From NCBI GenBank assembly GCA_043228905.1, contig JBHGNT010000014.1, forward strand, positions 7,564,001 through 7,628,000: 64,000 nt of DNA, read 5' to 3'. A program made the position numbers and the translations under genes. The stretch comes from Azolla caroliniana (lineage: Eukaryota; Plantae; Polypodiophyta). The notes under the pieces are model-generated. The model saw nothing but the letters and a program-made list of their open reading frames with translations. It did not search any database and was not told the DNA's origin. Below, one piece after another: positions 10,310-23,624 of the stretch (its first letter is position 1; the number at the start of each line of letters is the position of its first letter).

Positions 10310-13300
10310 GTGCGCCTCGACCCTTACGATCAGCTTGTCTGCTCGTGCGAACTTTTCCAGCTACCTTGTTGTCACGGTGTTGGCGCTTCTTCTGCTGCCC
10401 TTTCTTTCGCTTGGCCTTTAGTTGATTTGGCATCTCTGAATCAAACATTTGAGCCGAATTGGCTGCCTCCGATTCGTCTCTGCTTTTGTCCGAATTGGTT
10501 GTCTCCAATTCGTCCTCAATCTTGGCCTTCTAGCCCTTGTTGGCTTCATCTCCCCCATGCTTGGCTAGCTCCGGCTCTTTCTTTTGGCTGTTGCCTTCTC
10601 GTCCACTTCTGGACTCTTTCGTGGATCCGCCTTCGGCTTCTTCAACCGATTTGATGTCACGGTCACTTCTGCTCCTTTCTGTGGTCTTGCGGGACTTCTC
10701 TCCCCCTCAAGTTCGGCACGTCGAAGTGCCACAACTCAAGCGCACCCGAGAATTGCCACAACTTGTCCAGACCAAGAGGCTTGGTGAAAATGTCAGAGTT
10801 CTGTCGATCCGTCGAAACATACTCAAGTTCAACTTCACCAGAGAGGACACGCTCGTGGACAAAGTTGTAGTGCACCTCAATGTGCTTAGTCCAGGCATGG
10901 AAGATGGGGTTCTTCGCAAGTTGGATGCTGCTAAGGTTGTCGCAGTAGATCGTCGTCGGACCGGACACCTCCACCGACTGCTTCAGCCATATGGATTTGC
11001 ACGTTGCAACAACCGCTCCTTGATACTCGGTCTCTATGCTCGACAATACGACTATCGGCTGCTTCTTGCTACTCCACGCGATCACGGTGCTCCCAAGGGA
11101 GAACGCGAATCCGTATGTGGATCGGCGATTGCCAGCGTTTCTGGCCCAGTCAGCATCTATATAGCCAACTAGCTACACAGCAGTACCTGTCCGATATAGT
11201 AGCCCTTGGTCCTTAGGGCCACTGACGTTCCTGAGTACACGTTGCGCGCATTGAAGGTGCTCCTCGGTTGGCCGCGCCATGAATTGACTAATCAAGCCTA
11301 CCAGGTAACTGAGGTCTAACTGGGTGATAGTCAAGTATATGAGGCTTCCGACAATCAGTCGGAACCTTTTCGGGTCACAGACATTTCCAGAGTCGGGGCG
11401 AAGCTTCACGGTTCTGTCCAGAGGAGTTGAGACGGACTTAGAGTCTGCCATCCCAAACTTGAAGAGCATACTCAGCACGTAATTCCATTGTCTTATCAGT
11501 ATGCGTTTGGGGGTTTGGATCACTTCGATCCTGAGAAAGTAATGAAGGTCCCGCAGGTCCTTCATATCAAATGATGTCGCAAGCTGGAGCTTTACGCGGT
11601 CAATTTCACCTAGGTCGACGCTGGCAATCACCGATGACCAAGTCATCAACATAAAGTAAACTAATAACCAGCCCAGGTCGACCTTGCCGGACGAACAATG
11701 AAGAGTCCGATTTGGACGTCGCAAATCCCATCAGATGCAATCACTTCGTGATCTTCTCGTTCCAGGCACGTGGGGTTTGGTTTAGTCCGTAAAGGGACTT
11801 CTTCAACCGGCATACTGCCAAAGTGTTCGTTCCAGAGTGAAATCTGGGGGCTTTTACCATGTACACTTGTTCCTCAAGATTGACTTGCATGAATGCATTC
11901 TTTACATCCATGTAATGTAAGTGCCACCCCTTCGCCGCAGCTACTGCAAGCAAAACACAGACGATCGTTACCTTCGCGATCGGTGCAAACGTTTCATCCT
12001 AATCGATGTCGTGTTGCTGTGAGTAGCCTTTTGCTACTAACCAGGCCTTGTATCAATTGACCGAGCCGTCGGTGTTGTACTTGACCTTATACACCCACCT
12101 GCATCCAATCAGCTTTACACCCTTGGGGGCGTCAACCAGGTCCCAGGTTTCATTTTCTGCAAGTGCGTTCATCTCTTCCTCCATGGCGGCACGCCAATTT
12201 GTGTCCTTTGCCGCTTTTGCGTAGCTCTCCGGCTCACGCACTTCCGCTACACGTGTCATGTACGCATAGTGATGCACCATGTACTCGTTGTATCCGAACC
12301 GCAGAACAGGGTTCTTCTGGTGGGTAGATCGGCGTAAATGCTCATTAGTTGATGTTATGGCCGTTCTGGCCGACGCGGACTTCGTTCTTTAAGGCCCGTC
12401 ATCGCTCTTCTCGGAGTCAGATTCGCGTGCCATACTCCTGCATCTTCTTCTTTCCCTTTTCTTTGCGCGTAAGCCATCTCTTCGGCTTCCTACATGGGGA
12501 ATGCACAACCGAGTCTCCACTACTCGCCGGCTCTTAATCTGACTGGTCAAACCGACTCAATCGCTCATTCGGTCCACTTAGCCGAAATGAGATCGGACTC
12601 TCTTCAAGAGTTTCGACTTTGCTTTCATCCGGAGGCATCTCACCCTCGCTGACCTCATCTTCAGAACTCGGATTGGAGTTGAGGTCCGGAGTCGGAGGCA
12701 AATACCAAGACGTACACTCATCGAATACGATATCACGACTTACACGAGCTTGTTTGGTTCGGGGGATATAATAACACTTATCTTTAGAACTTGGATTGGA
12801 GTTGAGGTCCGTAGTCGGAGGCAAATACCAAGACGCAGACTCATCGAACATGACATCGCGACTTACACGAGCTTGTTTGGTTCGAGGGTTATAACACTTA
12901 TAACCCTTCTGTTTGTCTGAGTAGCTGAACAAGATACACTTCTCAGCTTTCGTGTCCGGCTTCCTCCGCTTCTCCTTCGGCACACGCACATATGCAATGC
13001 TACCGAAAACCCTCAAGTGTCGTAGATTCGGCGTCCTTCCAAAATACAGCTCATGTGCCGACACTTTTTCTCCGATCTAATTCTGGATGTAGACTACAGT
13101 TCGGATCGCAGTTCAGCCTAATAGAACTTGGGCATGCTCTATTTTTTCAAGCATTGCCCGCGCCGCTTCCACAACTGACCGATTCTTCCTTTTGGCTACG
13201 CCGTTTTTCTCTAGTGTATACCTGCAAGTGAATTCGCGCCGAATTCCCATTTGTTGCAGATAACTATTGAATTGGCTAAAAAAGTACTCTTTTTTGCCAT

Positions 13301-15389
13301 CCGACCGTAGGCACTTGATCTTCCTTGTGTCCTGGGTGTGGTCGTTGATGAAGGAGTCGAAATATCAACTCCCGCTAAGATTCACGTTCTATGCCCGTCC
13401 CCATACATCCGAATGTATCAAATCGAGCTTATTTCGGCTCCGATTACACTGGTTGGGGAAAGGAAGTCGATGTTGCTTCCCTAGTTGGCAAGCTTCACAA
13501 ACTTGTTTCGATTGCAGGTCCTAAAGCCTTTGGTAGTTGATGTGGACAATCCTCTTATGCCACAAGTCGATATCCGACTGGACTTTTCGCCCTTTCGCAA
13601 ACATGGTGGTGCCTATGCCATTGGTGTTGAGGATGAACATCCTCCCATCTCTGTGCCCTTGCGCAATAACTTGGCCTTCTTCCTTGATGAAGCACCCGAG
13701 ATGCATGAACCGGACTTGCATCCCCTTGTCGACGATTTGTCCGACTGAAACTAGATTCTTTGTAATTGTCGGGACCTGTAACATGTTCATTAGCTTCCCT
13801 TTTTCCCCGACATGGCTAAGGGGAACTTCACCGACATGTACAATTGGATGCGGAGTGTCGTGTCCTATTGCGACTACTCCCGGTTGTTCCAGTGTTACCA
13901 GATATGAGAACCACTCTTTTTGGCTCGTCCTATGGTTTGACGCTCTAGAGTCAATGTACCACACTTCGTCCGATTTCAAGGTGCTTTTCTTCATCGAGTT
14001 CGCTTTGTGTCTTGTCACAGGTTGTCGCCTTTCCGAATTTTTTGGATCCTCCAGCGTAGTGCGACCGTTGTCGATTTCCTTGTTTAGTCGGTCCGGATCC
14101 GGATCCATTTTCCTCCGAATCGGCGCGCTTCTTCCATCACTCGCTCACCTTGTGACCTTTCTTGCCACAATACCAGCATTCCGCGACATGTTTCCCATGT
14201 CAGTGCTCGTTGCCTCCTCGACTCCCCCTGCTTCCGAAGGGTCTAGAATTGTTGTTGGCATGACCACGATACCTTCTTTCTTGCTCCCGTTGGCCGCCTC
14301 CATTGCATGCTCACTCGCCTCGTCTGCCACAACCACGGGGCCTATCTCCCTCTGTGTACAACATCTTGGTATCGGCATGCGTACTCGTTGACGCACCCGC
14401 GTGATTCTACTCTACAAGGAGCATCGACTGCACATTGAAAAACGATGGTGTATTCTCCCTTGTACAAACTGCAGTTTGGAATGCTCCGAACTTCGACGCC
14501 AGTCCTCCAAGGTAGATCTGCACCATTCGCCCTCCTCAACATTCATATCAATGGAGGCGAGGGAGTCACAGATATCCTTTATCTTGGAGGTGTAGTCAGC
14601 CATTGTCATGTCACGTTGACGCACATTGCTCCACTCCTGTCAGAGTTGGAGCGAAAATCTTTTTCAGATTTCCCCAAGCATCCTTCGGCGTTCTTGCATC
14701 CCAAATGTAGCTCAAGAGCTGTTCGCTCACACTAGACGCGAAGCAGTAGAGAACTCTACTCGCCGACTGTTCCCAAGCCGAGAAGTCAGTTCTGTCAAGC
14801 TTCTTAGTTGGAAGCGAACTAGCCATACCTCTATCCATTTTTTCCCCTTTCTGTTCTTTACCGAGATTAGTTTCTTTTTGTTTCGAGCTGAAGTCGGCTG
14901 CAGAGGTTCTCAACCCTTGCGCTTTGATACCATGTGAAATATTACATGCGGAAGCTATAAGAAACACAGAATACCGACAGAGAAAAAACAAGTTTAATGG
15001 GGAGCTTAAGACACAATGTATGCGGGAGAGACAGAGAGGGAAAAACACACAGAGGGAAAAACACACAGAAAAACTAAATTCAAATAGTGTGTGAACTCTG
15101 TACATAGGATGTGCTCAGAGAGCACTTTTATACAAGTCCATACGAACTGACAGAAGTACTGACACATACTTCAATGCTCATAATTGAGCTCCTACACTAA
15201 CTCCCAAATATATTCACTCGCGGAATATCTGTTCAATGGCCTCCCGATTTCCGCACCGATCCGACCTCTTGTTGCGCACTGGTTTGCGCACCGGTTTATG
15301 CACCGATCCGGCCTAACCGATCTGTCCAAACTGATTCGGTTCTCGACTTGCACAATCGATCCGGCCAATGTTGAGCTTGTATCTCAACA
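10310..15389 (-). mobile_element. Degenerate Ty1/Copia element, 3' end cut off; 5' LTR 14933-15389, PBS-iMet 14921-14932
   Basis: gag (14412-14830), protease 'VWYIDSRASNH' (13521-14108), integrase (12534-13400), RT 'ENETWDLV..MDVKNAF' (11173-12280), RNase H 'WSSKKQ..YCDN..TKHIEV' (10663-11085). Confidence 0.95.
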
Positions 15390-17634
15390 GACCAAGATGC
15401 ATAGTTTGATCTCTCGAGCTTCTCTATCGGGAGTGAGCTAGGCATTTCTCTTTTTAAGCGGGCTAAGCCAAACAGTTTAGGCTTGTGCCGAGCCGTTGTC
15501 GATCCCTACTAGCTGTCCCAATTTGACTACATGTGGAAGGTGTTGAAGCGCTTCAACATGGAGAATTCAAAGTTGGCACCCACACCGCTCCTAATGTCAA
15601 TCTGACTATCAGATATTGATTCTCCTTCTACAAAGGAAGAGGGAGAGCTCAAGAGTCGAATTCCCTATGCATTGGTCGTAGAAAGTCTCATGTATGCGAT
15701 GGTGGCCACCCGACCAGACGTTGCCTATGTTGTAGGAGCCAACAACCAATACATTGTCTAATCCTAGAAAGAAGCATTGGGAAGCTGAAAAGCACATATT
15801 CCGGTACCTTGGAGGCACCGAGAATTTACAATTGACTTTCGTAGCGGACAAGCCGATCGAATTCGAAGGCTTCATAGATTCTGAATATGCTGACAACACC
15901 GACAATCAGAAATCTACATCAAGATATGTCTTCACCTATGGAGACGGAGCCATCTAATGAAGGTTGAAACTGTAGGAATGCACGACACTCTACAAATGAG
16001 GCCGAATACATAGTTGCGTCGGAAGCAATCTTGTTGCAACAACTATCAGTCGATTTTTCAGATAAGGGCTTAATCAACCATCCTACTCCAACTCAATATT
16101 GGAACTCTCAAAGTGCAATACACCTCATTCGAAAACCAGTGTATCCTACGAAAACTAAACACATTGAGGTGAGGTATCACCACATCTACGCGCTCATCAC
16201 CGACCCAAGGCTCGAAGTCTAGAAAGTAGATACTGAGGTGAACATCACCGACAACCTGACAAAGTCATTCCTAGATCAACGCTTCAGCACGCTAACGAGA
16301 TAGATGGTCCTCCAACAAAGCAGATGAGCGAAACAGAGCTGAATTCGAAGGAGAAGTAGGGCAGTTGAAAATTTGCACCACTGGACAAGCTAAAACGAAC
16401 AACCGAAAGTCTGAGGAAGTCGTTGACTTCAAGAGAGCTAAACGGCCATGTCAGGATGATCAAAGGGTGATGTCACGGACACACCGAGCCGGACTCGAAC
16501 GGAGCATGGATGATGGGGCTAAGAGTATGGAAGTTAAGAAGCTAGGAACGACACAAGAGCATGAAGGCAGAGATGAAGAATGAGACAAGATGGAATGGAA
16601 CAAGAATACTAGATTGATGTGTCAATGAATGGTGTTTAATCACTTGAAAGGGACCAAGTAGGTTACAAGTATTTATACAAGTTCCAAGCTTGGATGTCAC
16701 AAGAGTGTGGAAGTTAAGAAGCTAGGAACGACACAAGAGCATGAAGGCGGAGATGAAGAACGAGACAAGATGGAATGGAACAAGAATACTAGATTGATGT
16801 GTCAATGACTAGTGTTGAATCCCTTGGACGGGACCAAGGAAGTTACAAGTATTTATACAAGTTCAGAGATTGGATGTCTCTAGAATATACTCTAGAAATA
16901 TCTCTAGAATATACATGTCTAGAATATACTCTAGAAATATCTCTAGAATATACATGTCTAGAATATACTCTACAATATTTCTAGAATATACTAATGAGTA
17001 GATTATTCTGAATCAAATTATGAAATGTATTATATGCTAGACTATAGAATACTAAAGTATTATATATAAATGAATGTTCATATCAAAATGGTTGAGCATG
17101 ACATCTTGTTGATGTGAGGTTGTAGGTTCAATCCTCACCAACTACGTATTTCATATCATTGTGTTGTGACAAGCGAAAGGAGTCAGAAGACCAAACGACG
17201 AAAGAAGTTGAAGGCCAAATGGCCAAAAGCCGATTCGGCAACTAGCCAATTCTCTTGTATTACTAATTGTAGTTTAAACTCAAAGTATAATTTAGGCTTA
17301 CAGGGGGAGATTACCCCATGTCATTGTACACAAATAGATTAGTCCTTTTACAGTGGAGTTTGTTGGGATAAAAGTCCCACTCCACCGGAATTTTCTATTG
17401 TTAATGTGAACGCACTTAGGTTTCAGTTAACCTAAGCATAAAAGTCTAATTGAACCTTGTTACAAGTAATTCCGTAAGTAATGAAAAATTGTATCTTGAG
17501 CTAAAATTGTCTCTTAGTGTAACTGTCATCTTCTTGTTCATTTTTTGAGTAACACCGTGCATCTGACCATCTCTCTCCCTTGCTACCCTTGTTGTTTGCT
17601 TGATTCACAAAAAGATCCTATCTACTTCCCTACA
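15390..17634 (+). mobile_element. Degenerate Copia RT-end/RNase H fragment with PPT (~17295-17310) and probable 3' LTR remnant; interrupted by a solo LTR
   Basis: 'SNPRKKHWEA..IFRYL..GFIDSEYA..KSTS.YVF' (15754-15957); 'TKTKHIEVRYH' (16031-16222); AGGGGGAG PPT. Confidence 0.8.
16471..17171 (-). repeat. Solo LTR (TGTCAC...GTGACA) with a 180-bp internal duplication and CTAGAATATA-type repeats
   Basis: Terminal inverted repeats; degenerate 5-bp TSD (ggtga/agcga); inverted homolog of 45549-46061; orientation inferred from TATAAATA on the minus strand. Confidence 0.8.
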
Positions 17635-17800
17635 ACTAGCTGAGTCAAACACATGTAATGTCATCAATAAGAGAGTCCAATGTTCCATGGTTAGAATATA
17701 AGCATATCGAGAATCCAACACATGAAATTGGAGTATTATGCTTCCAAATATAACTATGCAAATATTTTGATGAATGCCAAAATCTAACTTGATTAAGAAG

Positions 17801-20800
17801 TGTTAGGATTTTGTCCCTCCTAATGGGAGAAGTCGGATGACAATTAGGAGAATCAGAAATCGAAATTTGGTTGGTCGGCAAAATCGAGCAAAGAGAGATC
17901 GATTAATTTGGAGGTCCACTTTATTGGTTGGATGAACCATGTGAGGGATAGGCCGACCGGATGGTCGACAATAAGGCTAACACCAGATGGTCGATGACAA
18001 GGCTGACTAGTCAGGCTGACCGGATGGTCAAGGACAGAGTCTGCTAGTCGGACCGAGAGGATAGTCGACATGGGAGTCGGCTAGTCGAATAGACTAGACT
18101 ATCGGCTTGTGGGTCGGACAATCAAGTCAACCAATCGGCCGATTAACTACTATTATTATTATTATCGAATAATAATAACTTATTCCCATCTATAAATATG
18201 TGGGTCTAGGGAAAACTTTATAGAGGGAAAGTAGTTGTAGAACTGTGAAGAATAGATATAGAGGAACACAGAGTGAAAGAAGAAGTGAGACGCAAAAAAG
18301 CATGCATGTAGGTGTAGTTGAGTGAAACTTGCCAGAACCCTAAGTGGGGATACTCCATACAACAAAGTCTGTAATTTGATTTTCCTCTTGTACCTATCTT
18401 TTTGTATAGTGAAAATCTATTGCCCCGTGACTTTTTCCCATTTTAGGGTTTTCCACGTTGTCGTGCCTTTCGGCGTCAGATCGTTTGCGTGAGTCGGGTA
18501 GGGACCGCTGGGGTTTTGGACTAGGAAGAGGAAGAATTTGAGACGATTTTAATTATGAATAGATTATTATAAACTTGCGAATCCCACAAGTATAATATAT
18601 TTTATTAATCAATATTTAGATAAGAATATGTATTTAGATTGAAAGAAAGATATAAGAAACTTGTGAATCCCACAAGTATAGATTATATTATTTTCGTGAA
18701 TCCCATGATTATATTAATTGGTTGGTGTTTTCGGAAATATATCCAATTTCCAAGTATTTCACCCCCTTTTACATTGTGCTCCCCCATCCTAATGTAGTGA
18801 TGAGGGAGTCTTAGTAATCCATGCTTTTATTTTTAACTATAGACTCCATGCTTTTCCTATAGATAGACTATATGCTTTATCTAAAGTGATCATGCTTTTT
18901 CAAACTAGTGCGTTTTTTATTGACTATAGCATTCATGCACGCTAGATGTGCATGCGTAGCTTTTTCTTTTAGCATGTGTTTTTCTTTTAACTAAAGTTTA
19001 TCCTAGGTGAACTTACCTTTCTATATGGGACATCTACTTTTTAACAGTAATGAACTGTTAGTGTAATGGTAAGGTTTCACATTATTAACATGGAGGTGCA
19101 AGGTTTGAATCTTGCCCTATGCATGTATTATTTATTTTGACATTTTCTTCTATTTTTTCTTTTAACTAAAGTTTATCCTAGGTGAAATTACCTTTCTATA
19201 TGGGACATCTACTTTTTAACACTAATGAAATTGCTAGCGTAATGGTAAGGTTTCACATTATTAACATGGAGGTGCAAGATTCAAATTTTGCCCTATGCAT
19301 GTATTATTTATTTTGACATTTTCTTCTATTTCTTCATATTTACTAAAACGTTACTTTATAAGTTTTTCATGTAGTGTACGAAATACACTACGACAACATA
19401 AGATTGGCGTACTGCATATTTTATTTGTTCTCTAGTTTATATATAATTTCAGTCTATCTTTCTCGTTTGTCTACGGTCTTAAACACAAAAAATTGGTATC
19501 AGAGCTTGAGGTGCAAAAATAGAAGCAAGTGTGCGTGGTTTTCTAGGAATGATAGTCCTGAACTCACACAACTACTTAGACTAGAAGATCAAGATGGAAG
19601 ATCTTCTAATAGTCGAATACCTATATGAGCACATAGATAGGAGTTAAAAAGCCACAGGCATGTTGGAGTCCGAGTGGAAACTCTTGAACAAGAAGGCAAT
19701 GGCCACCATTAGATAGTGTGTAGACGTGAGTGTCCTACAACACGTGGCTAACGACGCAAACACCTACGAAATGTGGCACAAATGGTCAAGCTTGTACGAG
19801 AGGAAACATGCACTCAACAAAGCTTCTTTGATGAGAAAGATCGTGAGACTGACGTATAGAGATGGAGAAAGCATACTGGTTAACATCAACACCTTAATGG
19901 AGTTAGTAAATCAACTTGCGGCATCCAAGTTTCCCCTAGACGATGCTCTACAGGTCTTGTTGCTACTGTGTACCCTGTCGGATAGCTGGGAGAACCTGGT
20001 GGTGTCTCTTAGTGCTTCATGCCAAGAAGAAAACTTGTCTTTAAAAGGGGTAAAGACGAGTATCTTAAACGAAGAAACAAGGAGGAAGGACAAGGGTGTT
20101 CTGTACCAGTCGGAGGCAAATGTGGCACAACATCTCGGTAGAGGAAGAAGTAAGCAAAGAAGTCCATAGAAGAGAGACAAGTCTCATGCCATGTCCAAGT
20201 GCAAACGAAAGCTCACATGTTTCTACTGTGGAAAAACTAGACACTTTTAGAAGGATGGTCGACACCTTAAGAAAGACAAAGGTGTTTCGTAAAATATCGA
20301 ACCCAGAAAGATTTCTGAGGAGAAGGGCACTTCAACCATGGCTACAAGTGAAGAAGAGCTCTCGTTTATTTGTGAGCAAGCGAGTGTAATCCTTGCAAAT
20401 GAAGAGTCCACCTGGGGGATTGACTCCGGTGCATCATTCCATTTAACTCCCTCGAGAGAATGTTTCTCATCTTACACAACCAATGTCTATGGCTATGTAA
20501 AGATGGGAGATAATGGAGCATGCAAGATAGCCAACATCGGAAGTGTATGTCTAACAACATCGACCGGTTGTGCATTGAGCCTAAGGGATGTTTGATGTGT
20601 GCTCGATATCAGGCTGAATTTAATATCGATTGGAAGATTGGACAATGAAGGCTACAATGGTAGTTTTCAAAATGACATGTGGAAGTTTTGTAAGGGAAGC
20701 CTCATAGTGGCCCTATCACAGAAACAGGGCACATTGTATGTGATGCATGCCATGTTGTGCAAGGATGAAGCAAATGTTGCAGCTGACTCAAATGGGGAGC

Positions 20801-22137
20801 TATAGCATAAGAGGCTTAGTCACATCAACGAGAGAGGCATGCTTATTCTGGCCGACAAGAGACTTCTTCCGGAAGTAAAAGGGATACACTTGGAGAAGTG
20901 TGTCGACTGCATGGTCGGAAAGCAAAACAGAGCTACATTTCCCTCAAGACCACGAAAGAGAAAAGAATGCGCATTAGAACTAGTCAACACAGATGTATGT
21001 TAAGTAGATGCTCCATCACACCATGGCGGACAATATTTGGTGACATTAATTGATGACTATAGTAGAAAGTTGTGGGCTTTCGTGCTAAAGTCGAAAGATC
21101 AAGTGTTGTCGGTCTTTAAGGAATTTCAGGCCAAAGCTGAAAGAGAGTCTAGAAGAAAGTTGAAGGTTGTTTGGACCGACAATGGTGGCGAATACAAAGG
21201 ATAGTTCAAGGAGTATTGCAAGACTCAAGGCATAAGACTTGAATATACAGTGCCTAAGACCCTTGAACTGTATGGTCTTGCAGAGAGGATGAATCAAACA
21301 ATAATGGAAAGAGTGAGGAGCATATTGTCATATGCTAAGCTTCCAAAGTCGTATTGGGTTGAAGCTATTTTGACAGTTCTCTATCTGATTAATAGGTCTC
21401 CCTTAGTGCCCCTAAAAGGTAATGTCCCTCCTCATGGGAGAAGTCAGATGATGATCGGAAGAATCGACTGTTGAAATCTGGTTGGTCGACCAGATCGAAC
21501 AGAGAGAGATCAATCAATTTAGAGGTCAACTTTATTGGTTGGATTAACCAAGTGAGGGATAGGTCAAGCAGATGGTTGACAACAAGTCTGACTAGTCGGA
21601 TTGACTGGATGGTCAAAGACAGTCTGCTAGTCAGACCGATTGGATAGTCGACATGGGAGTCGGCTAGGCAAATACACTAGGCTATCGGCTTGTGGGTTGA
21701 ACAGTCAAGTTGACCAGTTGGCCGATTAGCTACTATTATCATTATTATCTAATAATAATGACTTATTCCCATCTATAGATATGTGGAGCTAGGGCAAACT
21801 TTATGGGGAGGAAGTAGTTGTAGAACTGTGTAGAATAGATATAGAGGACCACAGAGTGAAAGAAGAAGTGAGACGCAAGAGCGCGTGCATGCAGGCATAG
21901 TTGAGTGAAACTTGCCAGAACCCTAAATGGCAGAGTCTCTTTATAGCAGAGTCTTTGTAATCTGATTTTCCTTTTGTACCTCTCTTTCTATATAGTGAAA
22001 ATTTGTTGCCCCGTGGTTTTCTCCCATTTTAGGGTTTTCCACATAAAACTGGTGTAGTGCGTATTTTGTTTGTTCTCTACTTTATATATATATATTCAAT
22101 CTATCTTTTTGGTCTATGTACGGTCCTAAACACAACA
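17801..22137 (+). mobile_element. Internally deleted Copia (gag, protease, partial integrase; RT/RH lost) with both LTRs
   Basis: LTRs 17801-~19490 (interrupted) and ~21423-22137; PBS TGGTATCAGAGC 19494-19505; TSD agaag/ataag; gag 19726-20169; protease 'IDSGASFH'; integrase 'GLAERMN'. Confidence 0.92.
18459..19395 (-). repeat. Solo LTR of the tRNA-Trp family nested in a Copia LTR
   Basis: TGTCGT...ACGACA; 4-bp TSD acgt/acat; the empty site is visible in the sister LTR at ~22035-22050. Confidence 0.92.
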
Positions 22138-22336
22138 ATAAGTAAGGTATTGTGGATTATTCAAGTGGAAGAATGTTAAAATAGTGGAGTAAAGATAAAG
22201 TCATCGACTTTGGGCATCCAAATGATGATGGGATTTTGTTATATAATGCAAACATTGTCTCTATATTTAAAACAATGCAGTTGGAATGGGTAAAGTGCTT
22301 CTAGATGGGGATTAGTATGAACAAGTATTGTTACCA

Positions 22337-22437
22337 GCATGGCCATAATTTATCCCGTGGTAGTTTGTACAAGTATTCTTTACATTCTCGATCGAATACT
22401 ATGGTACAAATCACCACGGGATCAATTATGGTCATGC
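22337..22437. repeat. ~100-nt imperfect hairpin
   Basis: Arms 22337-22370 and 22404-22437 pair at 30/34. Confidence 0.8.
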
Positions 22438-23624
22438 CCAGAACAAGTACCAACAATTACCCTGCAAGTAGTAGATAGAATATGGATCTAACAACCTAGA
22501 GTTATGTAAACAAACCTTAGAATGTAATGTAGGGCCATTGTTGGGTCTAACAAGCTTAAAATGTCATCTAGGGTAGCTAACTCTCAGTTCAACGACCAAG
22601 TTGTAGTTGAATTGGTTTGCTTGAGAACTAGAACTTTGATTGCACCAAGCCTGTTAATGTTGTATCAACATGTATTCATGTTAGTAGATAATATATTTAT
22701 TGATATCCATTTTCTCCATTCTTTACTTTATGCCAAGTACAATTAGTGGATGTTCATATTTTCAATGAAATCTAGCATGTATATCTCATACACAGTACCC
22801 CTTGATCAAGTGGAGCACCAACTCCAATAAAATGACCATGTTGATCTATCACAGAATGTTACATTATGGACCTCAAAGGGTGTTTGTTGGGTAGACGCTA
22901 TAAATAAGCAACCTCAATTTTTGTAACTATTAAAGTGGAAAACCTTTCAAAGTTTAGTCCTTCATAATAATAAAATAATGTAATGCATTCAACCAACGTC
23001 ATCTGTAGCTTTTGACATAATGTCTGTGTATGCAAAAATGCATTTTGTTATATATATTTGTCGATGTATATATGCATTGTGTTATCGTAGTAAATCATAT
23101 GGTACATTACATGTTCATGAGGTTTCTCAACGCTGACCAATATGGAGGTCATAAGATTATTTTTAACATCAATCCACATTCTTTAATGCTTCCCAATCTT
23201 TTGTGGCTTTATTGTTGTAGAACAACATGAAGTTGAAAACATGTAAGTAATAGAGTCCTTCCACTAATAATATATCATCACACATGTGACATATGTATGT
23301 ATGACTGACTAATGATGCATAGCTTTATTTTTTTTCTTCAAAGATTTTCATCAGTAGTATTAAGAAAAAACATCCGAAGGCTACAACTTGAGCTTGTCTA
23401 CACAAAAGCAGACAATGTTTTATGTAAAATAATGTACAAAATCCTAAGACCAAAGATAGGACTTTGTAGAAGGTGTTGGAATTTGCTATTGTATACTGCC
23501 ATGATTGACTGATAATCAAGAAAGGGTCCATCGAGGCCCTTCCCTTGGGTTGACTCTATAAATATGACCAACTTTTTCTATAAGTGAAGAAGCTTCTTCC
23601 TTCTCTTGTTCACAGTCTCTGGGG

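Noticed and set aside
13537-14391. Long antisense ORFs over retroelements (e.g. 284 aa here; also 10537-11172, 6792-7424, 62668-63291)
   Set aside because: Shadow ORFs opposite recognisable gag/pol sequence with no motifs of their own.
16877-16990. CRISPR-like palindromic repeats (also the 15-bp repeats at 36787-36915)
   Set aside because: No unique spacers; simple tandem repeats inside LTRs of a eukaryote.
17640-22300. CACTA-like remnant flanking the deleted Copia (17640-17800 and 22138-22300)
   Set aside because: Too decayed to support without a search.
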